From: Spirochaetia bacterium | GTDB lineage: Bacteria; Spirochaetota; Spirochaetia; CADAEX01 | Reading direction: 5' to 3' | NCBI GenBank assembly: GCA_963662265.2 | Contig: CAXXHA010000011.1 | Span: 1-64,000 of the forward strand | Length of the DNA stretch: 64,000 nt | Shown: one piece after another, positions 52,210 to 62,188 of the stretch | Layout of the letters: each line of letters begins with the position of its first letter | Position numbering within the stretch: position 1 is the stretch's first letter | Position numbers and translations under genes: made by a program | Notes under the pieces: generated by a model | Seen by the model: the letters and a program-made list of their open reading frames with translations, nothing else | What the model was told of the DNA's origin: nothing | Database searches by the model: none

Positions 52210-53378
52210 TATTCTATTATAATTCCACCGGTTTCGAAGATATACTTGAAAAACAACTCAATAAGGTTCCTGAGAATGCTCCTGAAATAGATATACAGTG
52301 GTTTGCCCCGGAAGATGAGGGACGTACAGAAGATCCGACTGAGCATAAGATCAGGAAAGCCAGGGAAGAGGGCAAGGTTGCAAAATCACCTGAACTTGCA
52401 CCTGCTCTTGTACTTATTTTCACGATAACCACGATTGCTGTTTTTTCTAAATTTATAATGAGAAATATTCTGGAAATGATGAAATACTTCTTCTCGATTT
52501 CTGCTGAGCTTGATTCAGCCGGTTTTTCAACAATTCTCCCGGTATTTTTAAGCTATTTTCTCAAGGTATTCATACCAATTGCTCTTGTAGCATTTACTGC
52601 TGCCCTGATGGGAAACCTGATGCAGGTGGGAATACTTTTCTCAACAAAGCCTATTACTCCCGACTTCAACAAGATTGCTCCTGATTTTGCCCGTTTTTTC
52701 AAACGTGCGGTTTTTTCTGCAGAAGCAGCATTCAACCTTTTCAAGACACTTGTAAAGGTTGTTATAATTGCGGTTCTTCTTTACCTGAACCTGAGAATAG
52801 AGTCTGACAAGCTGATTCACCTTTCGTCCCAGACACCGCTTGCAGCAATGGGTTTTCTTGCGAAAATTGTTTTCCGCCTTATTGTTGAATCAGGAATTGC
52901 AATGCTTGTTCTTGCTCTTCCCGATTATATGTTCCAGAGAAAGCAGCACAGGGAATCTCTTAAAATGTCAAGGCAGGAAATTAAAGAGGAAATGAAACAA
53001 CTCGAAGGTGATCCACAGGTCAAGAATATGCTTATGGAGAGAATGCGGGAGCTGATGAGCCAGAACATGATTCAGAATGTGCCTCAGGCAGATGTGGTTG
53101 TGACAAATCCAACCCATTATTCTGTCGCAATAAAATATGAAAGGTTTGCAATGGAGGCGCCCCAGGTGACTGCAAAAGGGCAGGATGAGATTGCTTTCAG
53201 GATAAGGGAAGTTGCAAAGGAGAATAATATTCCTGTAATGGAGAATAAGCCTCTGGCACGTGCCCTTTTTGCGGAAGTAAAGGTTGGTGATGAAATACCT
53301 GTACAGTACTGGGAAATGGTTTCAATAGTCCTGTCTGAAGTTTATAAAATCGGGGGGCGTGATATTGAAGCTGTATAG
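52179..53378 (+). CDS. flhB: Export protein FlhB (start may be 52206)
   Basis: RTEDPT; EGDP; NPTH autocleavage motif. Confidence 0.96.
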   Translation: MVFSLQGERMIFYYNSTGFEDILEKQLNKVPENAPEIDIQWFAPEDEGRTEDPTEHKIRKAREEGKVAKSPELAPALVLIFTITTIAVFSKFIMRNILEMMKYFFSISAELDSAGFSTILPVFLSYFLKVFIPIALVAFTAALMGNLMQVGILFSTKPITPDFNKIAPDFARFFKRAVFSAEAAFNLFKTLVKVVIIAVLLYLNLRIESDKLIHLSSQTPLAAMGFLAKIVFRLIVESGIAMLVLALPDYMFQRKQHRESLKMSRQEIKEEMKQLEGDPQVKNMLMERMRELMSQNMIQNVPQADVVVTNPTHYSVAIKYERFAMEAPQVTAKGQDEIAFRIREVAKENNIPVMENKPLARALFAEVKVGDEIPVQYWEMVSIVLSEVYKIGGRDIEAV

Positions 53379-53511
53379 GAAAAACAGGGATTCATCAATT
53401 AAGATGAATGCTGTACCGGGTAATAATTATATTCAAGGAAGTGGGAACTTTAAGAGGATTAAAAAATGAAAATATTAAATGAAAATATTAAAATCAGGAG
53501 AAGAAGAGTAA

Positions 53512-55593
53512 ATGTCTGATTCCGGCAGCAGTGTAAACAACTCTTTTTTCAGTAACAGAAACGATCTCTTTGTGGCGGCAGGTGTAATCCTTGTTCTTGC
53601 AATGATGCTTATTCCGCTTCCCACATTCCTTCTTGATTCGTTTATGTCATTCAACCTTATGCTGAGTCTTCTTGTAATACTGATTGTCCTGTATTCGAAA
53701 AACACTACAGAATTTTCTATATTTCCGACCCTGCTGCTTGTTTCAACAGTATTCGGACTTGCCCTCAATATATCTTCAACCAGGCTCATACTGTCAAAGG
53801 GAGCAAAATTTGACGGAAAGCTGATCAGGGCATTTTCCAAGTTTGTTGTAGGTACTACAGGTCCGGAAGGTCTTGTTATAGGATTTATTATATTCATAAT
53901 TCTTATTGCGGTACAGTTTATTGTTATTACAAAGGGTGCAACACGAGTTGCGGAAGTCGCAGCCAGGTTTACACTGGACGGGATGGTCCAGAAACAGATG
54001 TCTATTGATGCTGAGCTTGCAAGCGGATCCCTCACAGAGGAGGAGGCGATAAGGAAAAGGAGAAATCTCCAGAAGGAGGTTGATTTCTACTCAGCCATGG
54101 ATGGTGCCTCGAAATTTGTTTCCGGTAATGTAAAGGTCGGGATACTGATTACCGCGATAAATGTAATCGGCGGTATAATTGTCGGGATGATCTACCATAA
54201 TGAACCATTCCAGCTTGCGCTTAACAACTATATTACCCTTACCATCGGGGACGGTCTTGTCACCCAGTTCCCGGCGCTCCTTATTTCTACCGCCACAGGT
54301 ATTATTGTAACAAGGTCAATTTCAGACGGCAGTTTCGGAAGCGATATTTCAGACCAGTTTACAAGAGAGGCAAGAGTCTATTATATAACAGCAGTATTCC
54401 TTGTACTTATTGCGCTTCTTCCTGGATTCCCCTGGTATGTGCTGATTCCAATGGGCGCTGTCATGGCCTATGCAGGATTGAGACTGAGCAGGAAGCAGAC
54501 AGCTGAAGCTGCCGCGGAAATGCAGGCTTCACCTGAAGAACCTTCTGAATCAAAATCATCAGAAATACCCGGCATCGAACCGCTTGATCCTTTATCTCTT
54601 GAACTGGGATACGGTCTTATACCTCTTGTTGACAAGGAGAAAGGGGCTGACCTTCTCGAGCGAATTACCCGTATAAGACGGGAGACTGCTTCTGAACTCG
54701 GACTTGTCGTACCCAAGATAAGGGTCCGTGACAACATGAAACTTGAACCTTCTGAATATAGTTTCAAGATAAAGGGAGTAGATATAAGCAAGGCTGAAAT
54801 CAGGATGAACCATTATCTTGCCATCAATTCCGGAGGTATTGAAGAGGAGCTTCAGGGTGAAAAAACAACAGACCCGGCCTTCGGGCTTCCTGCCCAGTGG
54901 ATCGGGGAGGACCAGAGAGACAAAGCTGAACAGTACGGCTACCTTGTTGTTGATCCGCCATCTATTATTGCGACACATCTCACAGGTATAATAAAGAAGC
55001 ATGCCTCTGAAATACTCGGACGGCAGGAGGTCCAGTCGATCATTGACTCTATGCATGATAAGTATCCGGCAGTAGTGGATGAGGTCAGAAAGGCGCTTAA
55101 TCTCGGTGAAATCCAGAAAGTTCTTCAGAACCTTCTTAAAGAACAGATTTCAATCAGAAATATGGTTGTAATACTTGAGACACTTGGAGATTTTGCTGTA
55201 GTGTCAAAAGATACAGTCTTTCTTACAGAAAAGACACGGCAAGCCCTGGGAAGGCAGATATGTCTCCAGTATGCGGATGAAAACAAAATCCTTAATGTTG
55301 TAACAATAGATCCTGAAATTGAATCACAGATTATTGATTCAAAGGTTGAAACTATAGAGGGATATGTACCTGTCCTTGACAGGGAATTCATGACAGCATT
55401 TGTCAACAGCGTGACAAACGAGATGATGAAGTACAGGGATTTAAACAAATTTATTGTGATACTTTGTTCTGAAGAGGCAAGGCCTCTCATCAAGAAGGCA
55501 ATTGAGAGGGAATTGCCGGCTGTAGCTGTAATTTCAGCAAGGGAGCTGAAAACTGATATTAATTTTGAAATACTTGGGGAGATAACATTTTAG
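53512..55593 (+). CDS. flhA: Export protein FlhA
   Basis: RVAEVAARFTLD; MDGASKFV; IGDGLV. Confidence 0.97.
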   Translation: MSDSGSSVNNSFFSNRNDLFVAAGVILVLAMMLIPLPTFLLDSFMSFNLMLSLLVILIVLYSKNTTEFSIFPTLLLVSTVFGLALNISSTRLILSKGAKFDGKLIRAFSKFVVGTTGPEGLVIGFIIFIILIAVQFIVITKGATRVAEVAARFTLDGMVQKQMSIDAELASGSLTEEEAIRKRRNLQKEVDFYSAMDGASKFVSGNVKVGILITAINVIGGIIVGMIYHNEPFQLALNNYITLTIGDGLVTQFPALLISTATGIIVTRSISDGSFGSDISDQFTREARVYYITAVFLVLIALLPGFPWYVLIPMGAVMAYAGLRLSRKQTAEAAAEMQASPEEPSESKSSEIPGIEPLDPLSLELGYGLIPLVDKEKGADLLERITRIRRETASELGLVVPKIRVRDNMKLEPSEYSFKIKGVDISKAEIRMNHYLAINSGGIEEELQGEKTTDPAFGLPAQWIGEDQRDKAEQYGYLVVDPPSIIATHLTGIIKKHASEILGRQEVQSIIDSMHDKYPAVVDEVRKALNLGEIQKVLQNLLKEQISIRNMVVILETLGDFAVVSKDTVFLTEKTRQALGRQICLQYADENKILNVVTIDPEIESQIIDSKVETIEGYVPVLDREFMTAFVNSVTNEMMKYRDLNKFIVILCSEEARPLIKKAIERELPAVAVISARELKTDINFEILGEITF

Positions 55594-55704
55594 AATTTTT
55601 AAAGTCAGTAATCCATGAATTATCAAATGGATTGACCGGCTGAATGAAAACCGGAAAAGGGATTATAAGGTTTTTTTAAAAGTTTAAAAAAAACAGGTGC
55701 GTAT

Positions 55705-56838
55705 ATGAATTATTTTACTGAACAGGGACTGACATTCCAGGAAGCTATCTCAAAGGCAAAGAGTAAATACGGAAATGATATTAAGATAATGAGTCATAAG
55801 AGTATCCTTTTAGGCGGTTTTCTGGGAATGTTCAGAAAAGAGGGGGTCCAGATTGAGGGGTACATATCCCAGGATCCTTACAGGAAAAAAACTGTAAAAC
55901 TTGAAGAGGAGAAGGAAAAACTTCTTCAGGCTGCAGGGGCAAGAGGCGGCAGCACATTGAACGAACTGATGAAGGCTGTCAATGATATAAAGACAAAACT
56001 GGATGAAGGACCCTTGTCTTCCGACGAGCCGCACCCTACAATAACAAAAATTGAAAAGCTTCTCGAGAAAAATGATTTTTCAGCATCATATATCAGGGAC
56101 ATTATAGAAAAAATAAAGAAAAATGTTTCTCTTGAGGAGCTTGATAACTTCAATCTTGTTCTCAGGAAGGTCAGGGGATTTATAAAGGAAACAATCCAGA
56201 TTTATCCTGACAGCCCCCCGCTTACAACACCGAGGATTTTTATCCTTGTGGGACCTACAGGTGTCGGTAAGACAACAACAATTGCAAAGCTTGCCGCAAT
56301 TAATTCACTCGGAATAAATACAAAACCGCTTTCTGTAAGGATAATAACAATAGATACATTCAGGATCGGTGCCAAGAAACAGATAGAAACATACGGTGAG
56401 ATAATGAGTGTCCCTGTTGTCAGTGCGGAAAATTATGACCAGCTGAGAAAATATATTGCACTTTACAGTGAAAATGTTGACCTTATTCTGGTTGATACTA
56501 TCGGCAAGAGCCCGAAAGACTATAAAAACCTTGCAGAAATGAAAGAAATGCTTGATGCATGCGGAACTACAGCAGAAGCGCACCTGGCTGTGAGTTCAAC
56601 AACGAAAGTTTCTGATATCAATGAAATAATGCAGCAGTTTGAATCATTTAAATACAACTCTGTTATAATTACGAAGCTGGATGAAACAAGATGTTCAGGA
56701 AATCTCATAAGTGCATTGAGCGATAAGCATAAACCTGTTTCATTTATAACTACAGGTCAGAAAGTACCTCATGATATAAAATATGCTACCGAGGAAATTC
56801 TGATGGATAATCTTGGTGAACTTAACATTGTTAAATAA
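55705..56838 (+). CDS. flhF: SRP-type GTPase FlhF
   Basis: [10 protein letters not shown]; DTIG; TKLDET; GQKVP. Confidence 0.95.
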   Translation: MNYFTEQGLTFQEAISKAKSKYGNDIKIMSHKSILLGGFLGMFRKEGVQIEGYISQDPYRKKTVKLEEEKEKLLQAAGARGGSTLNELMKAVNDIKTKLDEGPLSSDEPHPTITKIEKLLEKNDFSASYIRDIIEKIKKNVSLEELDNFNLVLRKVRGFIKETIQIYPDSPPLTTPRIFILVGPTGVGKTTTIAKLAAINSLGINTKPLSVRIITIDTFRIGAKKQIETYGEIMSVPVVSAENYDQLRKYIALYSENVDLILVDTIGKSPKDYKNLAEMKEMLDACGTTAEAHLAVSSTTKVSDINEIMQQFESFKYNSVIITKLDETRCSGNLISALSDKHKPVSFITTGQKVPHDIKYATEEILMDNLGELNIVK

Positions 56839-56859
56839 ACAGGAAGCATTGGAGAGAGT

Positions 56860-57732
56860 ATGATAGATCAGGCTGAAAATTTAAGAAAGATGGTTGAAGA
56901 AAAAAGCGGAGATTCAGAGCATTCTGAAAAGAAGACAAGGATTATTACTGTATCAAGCGGTAAAGGGGGAGTCGGCAAGACCAACCTCTCAATAAACCTG
57001 GCTATTGCATATTCCATGCTTGGTAAGAATGTTGTAGTCCTTGATGCAGACCTGGGGCTTGCAAATGTCAATGTAATTCTCGGGATTATTCCTGAATATA
57101 ACCTCTTCAACCTGATAAAAAAACAGAAGAAGATGAAAGATATCCTTATAAATACGGGATACGGCATAAATATAATTGCAGGGGCATCAGGATTTTCGAA
57201 AATCGCAAATCTTGAAGATGATGAAAGGCATTCTTTCATCGATGAAATGAGAGAGCTTTCATTTGCAGATATAATAATTATTGATACAAGCGCGGGTGTA
57301 TCAAACAATGTGCTTTCATTTATTGCGGCGGCTGATGATGCTGTTATTGTAACAACACCTGAACCTACTGCAATTACAGATGCCTATGGTATAATAAAAA
57401 TTATTGCGACTGAATTTGATAACCCTGATATGAGCATCAAGCTGATTGTAAACAGGGTTAAATCAGTTACAGAAGGGAAAAAAGTTGCCCAGAGAGTTGT
57501 GAACATAGCTGGACAGTTTCTCAATATAAAAGTTGATTATCTCGGTTATGTATATGATGATTCAGTTGTTCAGAATGCTGTTATCAGGCAGAAACCGTTT
57601 GTTGTTACAGAACCGAAAAGCAAGGCTGCAATCTGCGTAAAGCATATTGTAAGCCGCCTTGAAAACATTGAATATAAAGAGGGGGGCGGCCTGGGGACCT
57701 TTCTTAAAAAGATGTTCAGGAATATTGATTAG
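56860..57732 (+). CDS. flhG: MinD-like ATPase FlhG
   Basis: DQAENLR; SGKGGVGKT; DADLGLAN; PEPTAITDAY. Confidence 0.95.
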   Translation: MIDQAENLRKMVEEKSGDSEHSEKKTRIITVSSGKGGVGKTNLSINLAIAYSMLGKNVVVLDADLGLANVNVILGIIPEYNLFNLIKKQKKMKDILINTGYGINIIAGASGFSKIANLEDDERHSFIDEMRELSFADIIIIDTSAGVSNNVLSFIAAADDAVIVTTPEPTAITDAYGIIKIIATEFDNPDMSIKLIVNRVKSVTEGKKVAQRVVNIAGQFLNIKVDYLGYVYDDSVVQNAVIRQKPFVVTEPKSKAAICVKHIVSRLENIEYKEGGGLGTFLKKMFRNID

Positions 57733-57744
57733 CAGACAATGTGC

Positions 57745-57773
57745 TTGACTGCTGTAAATTTTTAAAATACTCT
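57745..57773 (+). promoter_or_regulatory. Candidate sigma-70 promoter upstream of hyp-fliA
   Basis: TTGACT-17 nt-TACTCT. Confidence 0.4.
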
Positions 57774-57790
57774 TAATAATGAGGTAGGAA

Positions 57791-58399
57791 TTGTTAAAGA
57801 TTAAAAGTATTTTATTTGTTGCAGGAACAGGATTTATTTTTTCGTTCCTGTCAGGACTGTTTAGCGGGAATCCTTTGACTGTTATACTCTTCAGATCAAT
57901 AATCAGCAGTGTATTTTTCACTGTTATTGTTACTGCGTCAGTATTTGTAATAAAAAAAGCAATACCTGAACTTGACAGCCTTTTTCAAAACAGCGGGGAG
58001 GATACTGCTGACAGTAGCCCCGGCGGGAATGTGGATATTGTTATAGAAGATGAAAGTCCCTATACTCCTGTAGCAGCTGATGAAGATACACATGTCAGTG
58101 CCGAGGAGGAAAAGCTTCTTCAGAAGGATTTTATCGAGGAAGTTGAAGAGGAAAGTATTGATGATATAAGTGTGCTTGATCAGGCTGAAGATTCTGATGA
58201 AGTTGTAGAAGTTATGGATGACAGCATGGACAGCAATGCGCTTCCTGAACTGGATGGAAATGTTTCATTTGTCTCAGGATCAAATGAAAGTTCCATTGAA
58301 GGCGATAATGATGCAATTAATAAGCTTGGCGGAAATACAGATCCGGGAACAATGGCAAAAGCTATAAAAACTATACTAAAAAAAGACCAGAAAGGATGA
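57791..58399 (+). CDS. Membrane protein (2 TM, acidic tail) upstream of fliA
   Basis: TTG start after GAGG; C-terminal DPGTMAKAIKTIL. Confidence 0.8.
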   Translation: MLKIKSILFVAGTGFIFSFLSGLFSGNPLTVILFRSIISSVFFTVIVTASVFVIKKAIPELDSLFQNSGEDTADSSPGGNVDIVIEDESPYTPVAADEDTHVSAEEEKLLQKDFIEEVEEESIDDISVLDQAEDSDEVVEVMDDSMDSNALPELDGNVSFVSGSNESSIEGDNDAINKLGGNTDPGTMAKAIKTILKKDQKG

Positions 58400-58404
58400 T
58401 ATAA

Positions 58405-59193
58405 ATGACCGAGAAAAAAAATGTTGAACATGAAGAACAGGAACTCTGGATCAAATATAAAAGTAAAAAAGATCCTGAAATAAGAAATTATTTTGTACGG
58501 CAGTATGCTCCTCTGGTAAAATATGTTGCAGGTAAAGTAGCTGTAGGAATGCCTCATAATGTGGAGTTTGATGATCTTGTAGGATTCGGAGTATTCGGTC
58601 TGTTTGATGCAATAGAAAAATATGATCCTGAAAAGCATGTTAAATTCAAAACCTATGCAGTAACAAGAATCCGCGGTGCTATATATGATGAACTGAGGTC
58701 TATAGACTGGGTACCCCGTTCAGTGCGGCAGAAAACAAAGGAAATAGAAGAAACAATACACTCACTTGAAGCCCAGCTGGGAAGATCTGCTTCCGATATG
58801 GAAATTGCCGAAAAAATGGGTGTTTCAATAAAAGATCTTCACAAGACAATGCAGAAAATATCATCCTCTTCGATAATATCGTTAAATGATTTATGGTATT
58901 CAGGCGAGGATAATGACAAGGTTGCTATTGTCGATAGTATAGAATCTCCTTCTAGTCTTAATCCGGATACAATTGTTGAGAAAGATGAAATAAAAAGGGT
59001 AATAGTTCAGGCTATAAGCGAGCTGCCTGACAAGGAGAAAAAAGTCCTTGTTCTCTATTATTACGAAGACCTCACACTCAAGGAAATAGGAAAAGTTCTG
59101 GAGGTTACTGAATCGAGAATTTCACAGCTCCATACAAAAGCTATTATGAGACTCAGGTCTAAACTGACAAGTTTAAAGAAAGGGATAATGTAA
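58405..59193 (+). CDS. fliA: RNA polymerase sigma-28 factor FliA/WhiG
   Basis: [19 protein letters not shown]; [10 protein letters not shown]. Confidence 0.96.
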   Translation: MTEKKNVEHEEQELWIKYKSKKDPEIRNYFVRQYAPLVKYVAGKVAVGMPHNVEFDDLVGFGVFGLFDAIEKYDPEKHVKFKTYAVTRIRGAIYDELRSIDWVPRSVRQKTKEIEETIHSLEAQLGRSASDMEIAEKMGVSIKDLHKTMQKISSSSIISLNDLWYSGEDNDKVAIVDSIESPSSLNPDTIVEKDEIKRVIVQAISELPDKEKKVLVLYYYEDLTLKEIGKVLEVTESRISQLHTKAIMRLRSKLTSLKKGIM

Positions 59194-59195
59194 TA

Positions 59196-61145
59196 ATGAA
59201 AGAAGTTTTGGACCTTCCTGAATTCAGAACATACATGAAAGAGCTTGCTGAAAAGGACAGGCAGATAAAGTCTGTACAGATAAATGCTCCTTCACTGGAA
59301 GAAGGTCTGAAAGAAGCTGCCATAGAGCTCCAGGTTTCCGAAAAAAAACTTGAATATGAAATAATTGTAAAAGGTTCAAAAGGATTTCTGGGATTCGGGA
59401 AAAAAGACTATAATCTGGTAGTTTACAAGATTGAGGATGAAGAGGAAAAATCTGATTTTCTTGACAACCTCGGCGTTGATGAATTTGTTGAAGATGAAAA
59501 AATTCAGGACAGGGACAGTGAGATAATTATTTCTCTTTTTAAAGGGGATGTTTTCATGAAGGTAACACCTCCTGTCGGAAATGGTATCAAAGCTTCGGCA
59601 GATGAGGCAATTGCAAAACTAAAAGAACGCTCTGTAAGCAACTATAATCCGGGTCTTATATCAAAAGTGATAAAGCTTGCTGATAATATGCAGGTGAATA
59701 TCGGTTCATATATACATAATCCTGCAAATGATTCCATACTTTCCCTTAAAATTGAAGAAAGCGATATGAAAGCATATGTTGTTTTCTCTCCTCCCGGTCC
59801 AGGCGGCAGTGATATAATAAAAGACACTCTGCTGTCATTTTTAAAGAATAATTCTGTCATTTACGGTGTCGATGAAGAGAGGATCGAGGATATTCTGGAC
59901 CATCCTTTCTATAATGAGCCGGTTCTGGTTGCAGAGGGATCTCCTCCTGTAAACGGAAAAGATGCTGTAATAAAATATAATTTCAATACTGAAGTTGTTC
60001 CCTCTTTCATGCGTGAGAAGGGGGGCAAGATAGATTTCAAGGACAAGAACCTTGTTCAGAATGTTGTTGCAGGACAGATACTTGCGGAAAAAATACCTGC
60101 TGAAAAAGGGGTAAAAGGGCGGACTGTTACAGGAAAACCTCTTGAAGCAAGAAACGGTTCAGATGTTGAACTTAAGATCGGCAACAATGTGGAACTTTCA
60201 AAAGACGGGTTGAAAGTCACTGCAGAGTGCAACGGCCAGGTCATGATGCTGAATGACAAGATTACAGTTGAAAATGTCTATGTAGTTGATGGTGATGTTA
60301 ACCTTACAACAGGAAATATCCATTTTCTCGGTACAGTAATTGTAAAGGGAAGTGTTGAAGACGGATTCTCGATAAAAGCTACCGGCAATATCGAGGTAAT
60401 GGGGAATGTCGGTAAATGTAATCTTGATGCTGTGGGTCATGTAATTGTTCACCAGGGTATCAACTGCAAGGAAGGCGGACTTGTTAAAGCGGGCAAGGGT
60501 GTTGTCGCGAAATTCATACAGAATTCAAATGTTGAGGCTGATGAAATTGTTCTGGTCAGTGACGGTATAATAAATTCATTTGTTGATTCAAATAACAAGA
60601 TTATCTGCCGTGGTAAGAGAGCGACTATTGTAGGCGGCAGAATCAGGGCAACAGAAGAAATATCTGCAAAAACATTCGGTTCACTTGCAGTGGGACAGAC
60701 AGACCTTGAAGTAGGCTTTGATCCGAGAAGCAAGGCAAGGCTTCTGGAACTTGAACAGAAGAAGCATGAAGTTGAAAAGGAAACTGATGATATTGACAGG
60801 AACCTTGTGACTCTTGAAAACATGAAAAAGAAAATGAGGGGTAAATTCCCTGAAGACAAGGAAAAAATGCTTGAATCGTTCAATACCAAGATGATGGAAC
60901 TTAAAGCTGACATGGAAGAAATTGAAAATGAAACCGAAGAAATCCATAAATACCTGCAGTCGCTCAAGCATGTAGGCCGCGTATCAGCAGCCGGAACAGT
61001 ATATCCGGGTGTAAAAATAACTATCAGGGATGCACACCTTGATGTGAAAAATGAACTCAAGAGAATTACTTTTGTAAATGAGGAATCTGTAATTAAGACA
61101 AAGAAGTATGAAGAGCCTGAAGAAGAATCCTTGGAAGAAGAATGA
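59196..61145 (+). CDS. FapA/DUF342 protein with Jag_N-like N-terminal domain
   Basis: SLEEGLKEAAIEL..GSKGFLGFG; TGNIHFLGTVIVKGSV; VYPGV. Confidence 0.85.
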   Translation: MKEVLDLPEFRTYMKELAEKDRQIKSVQINAPSLEEGLKEAAIELQVSEKKLEYEIIVKGSKGFLGFGKKDYNLVVYKIEDEEEKSDFLDNLGVDEFVEDEKIQDRDSEIIISLFKGDVFMKVTPPVGNGIKASADEAIAKLKERSVSNYNPGLISKVIKLADNMQVNIGSYIHNPANDSILSLKIEESDMKAYVVFSPPGPGGSDIIKDTLLSFLKNNSVIYGVDEERIEDILDHPFYNEPVLVAEGSPPVNGKDAVIKYNFNTEVVPSFMREKGGKIDFKDKNLVQNVVAGQILAEKIPAEKGVKGRTVTGKPLEARNGSDVELKIGNNVELSKDGLKVTAECNGQVMMLNDKITVENVYVVDGDVNLTTGNIHFLGTVIVKGSVEDGFSIKATGNIEVMGNVGKCNLDAVGHVIVHQGINCKEGGLVKAGKGVVAKFIQNSNVEADEIVLVSDGIINSFVDSNNKIICRGKRATIVGGRIRATEEISAKTFGSLAVGQTDLEVGFDPRSKARLLELEQKKHEVEKETDDIDRNLVTLENMKKKMRGKFPEDKEKMLESFNTKMMELKADMEEIENETEEIHKYLQSLKHVGRVSAAGTVYPGVKITIRDAHLDVKNELKRITFVNEESVIKTKKYEEPEEESLEEE

Positions 61146-61199
61146 TAAATACCTGTCATTCATGGCAGAGGCTTCCTGATAAGGAAGTGCTCGATAGCG
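61140..61199 (+). repeat. Diverged copy of the dispersed hairpin element
   Basis: GAATGA..TCATTC hairpin, then CAGAGGC-TTCCT-GATA-AGGAA-GTGCTCGATAGCG. Confidence 0.8.
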
Positions 61200-61286
61200 C
61201 TTAAGAATAAATGATAAAACCTGTTTTATCATTGTAAAAAGAGACTATCCTATAGGAACGTTTTCTAAAGCGCTGAAGGAGGAATA

Positions 61287-61619
61287 ATGCCTATACAGCC
61301 TATTGATCTGCAGACATTGTTTGTGAAAATGAATCAGGTCGGCAGGGAGCAGGCAGCTATAAAAAACAGCGCTGTTGTGCAGCAGGAAATACAGGGAAGT
61401 GAAATTGTAAAAAAGCATCAGCATGATGATAAAAGTGTTCACCGTGCGGAAACTCCTGAATCTGGATCGGAAAAAGTCAGGGAAGACGGGCGTCACGGCA
61501 ACACTCAACAGCAGAAAAAAAGGATGAAATCTGAACAGGAAGAGGAAAATAAAGCTGCTCCTGAAAAGGAAATCTTAAGCGATCCTGACCTTGGCAATAA
61601 AATTGATTTCAGCGGATAA
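61287..61619 (+). CDS. Hypothetical protein
   Basis: RBS AAGGAGG; MPIQPIDLQ...DPDLGNKID. Confidence 0.8.
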   Translation: MPIQPIDLQTLFVKMNQVGREQAAIKNSAVVQQEIQGSEIVKKHQHDDKSVHRAETPESGSEKVREDGRHGNTQQQKKRMKSEQEEENKAAPEKEILSDPDLGNKIDFSG

Positions 61620-61624
61620 CTTAA

Positions 61625-62179
61625 ATGTCTATAGTCGTAAATATTATTATAAATCTGATTTTTTTATTTTTTATTTATCATTATTTGAAGTGGAATTTCC
61701 TGAAAAAGGGAAACAGTGATGATAAAACCAGCTTTGAAAAAGAAGCTGAAAGCCTGATAATTGAGATAAACCGGACAACTGAAAGAAATCTCCAGCTTAT
61801 TGAAGCTAAAATAGAACAGCTTAAAGATGCTGTCAGAGATGCTGACCGGGTTGTTTCGGTAATAAACCGGGAAAAATCAGGCAGCAAGGATGAAAGCGAA
61901 ATATACCGCAAGCTTGAAAGCCGAAGTTTTTATGAAAATGTACCGAAAGCTGACAGCGATATAATAAAAGTTGAATTGCCCCGGGAAAAAGCAATTATCA
62001 ATACAACTGAGGATGAAAATGCCGATAATATTATCAGCAGCAAAGAATCAGATATCAGGAAAAAGGCAGTTAAAATGTACCGTAACGGTATTGAAATTGA
62101 GCTGATATCAAGGAATCTGAATATACCGACCGGTGAAATTGAGCTGATGATATCGCTTGATAAAGCAGGCAGAGATTAA
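61625..62179 (+). CDS. Membrane-anchored coiled-coil protein with C-terminal HTH-like segment
   Basis: N-terminal TM; INRTTERNLQLIE; GIEIELISRNLNIPTGEIELM. Confidence 0.8.
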   Translation: MSIVVNIIINLIFLFFIYHYLKWNFLKKGNSDDKTSFEKEAESLIIEINRTTERNLQLIEAKIEQLKDAVRDADRVVSVINREKSGSKDESEIYRKLESRSFYENVPKADSDIIKVELPREKAIINTTEDENADNIISSKESDIRKKAVKMYRNGIEIELISRNLNIPTGEIELMISLDKAGRD

Positions 62180-62188
62180 GGAAGCAGA

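Noticed and set aside
53464-53492. Tandem AAATGAAAATATTA before flhA
   Set aside because: Two copies in very AT-rich DNA; likely local slippage.
60449-61159. 236-aa antisense ORF and similar ones throughout
   Set aside because: Antisense mirrors of Glu/Lys-rich genes.
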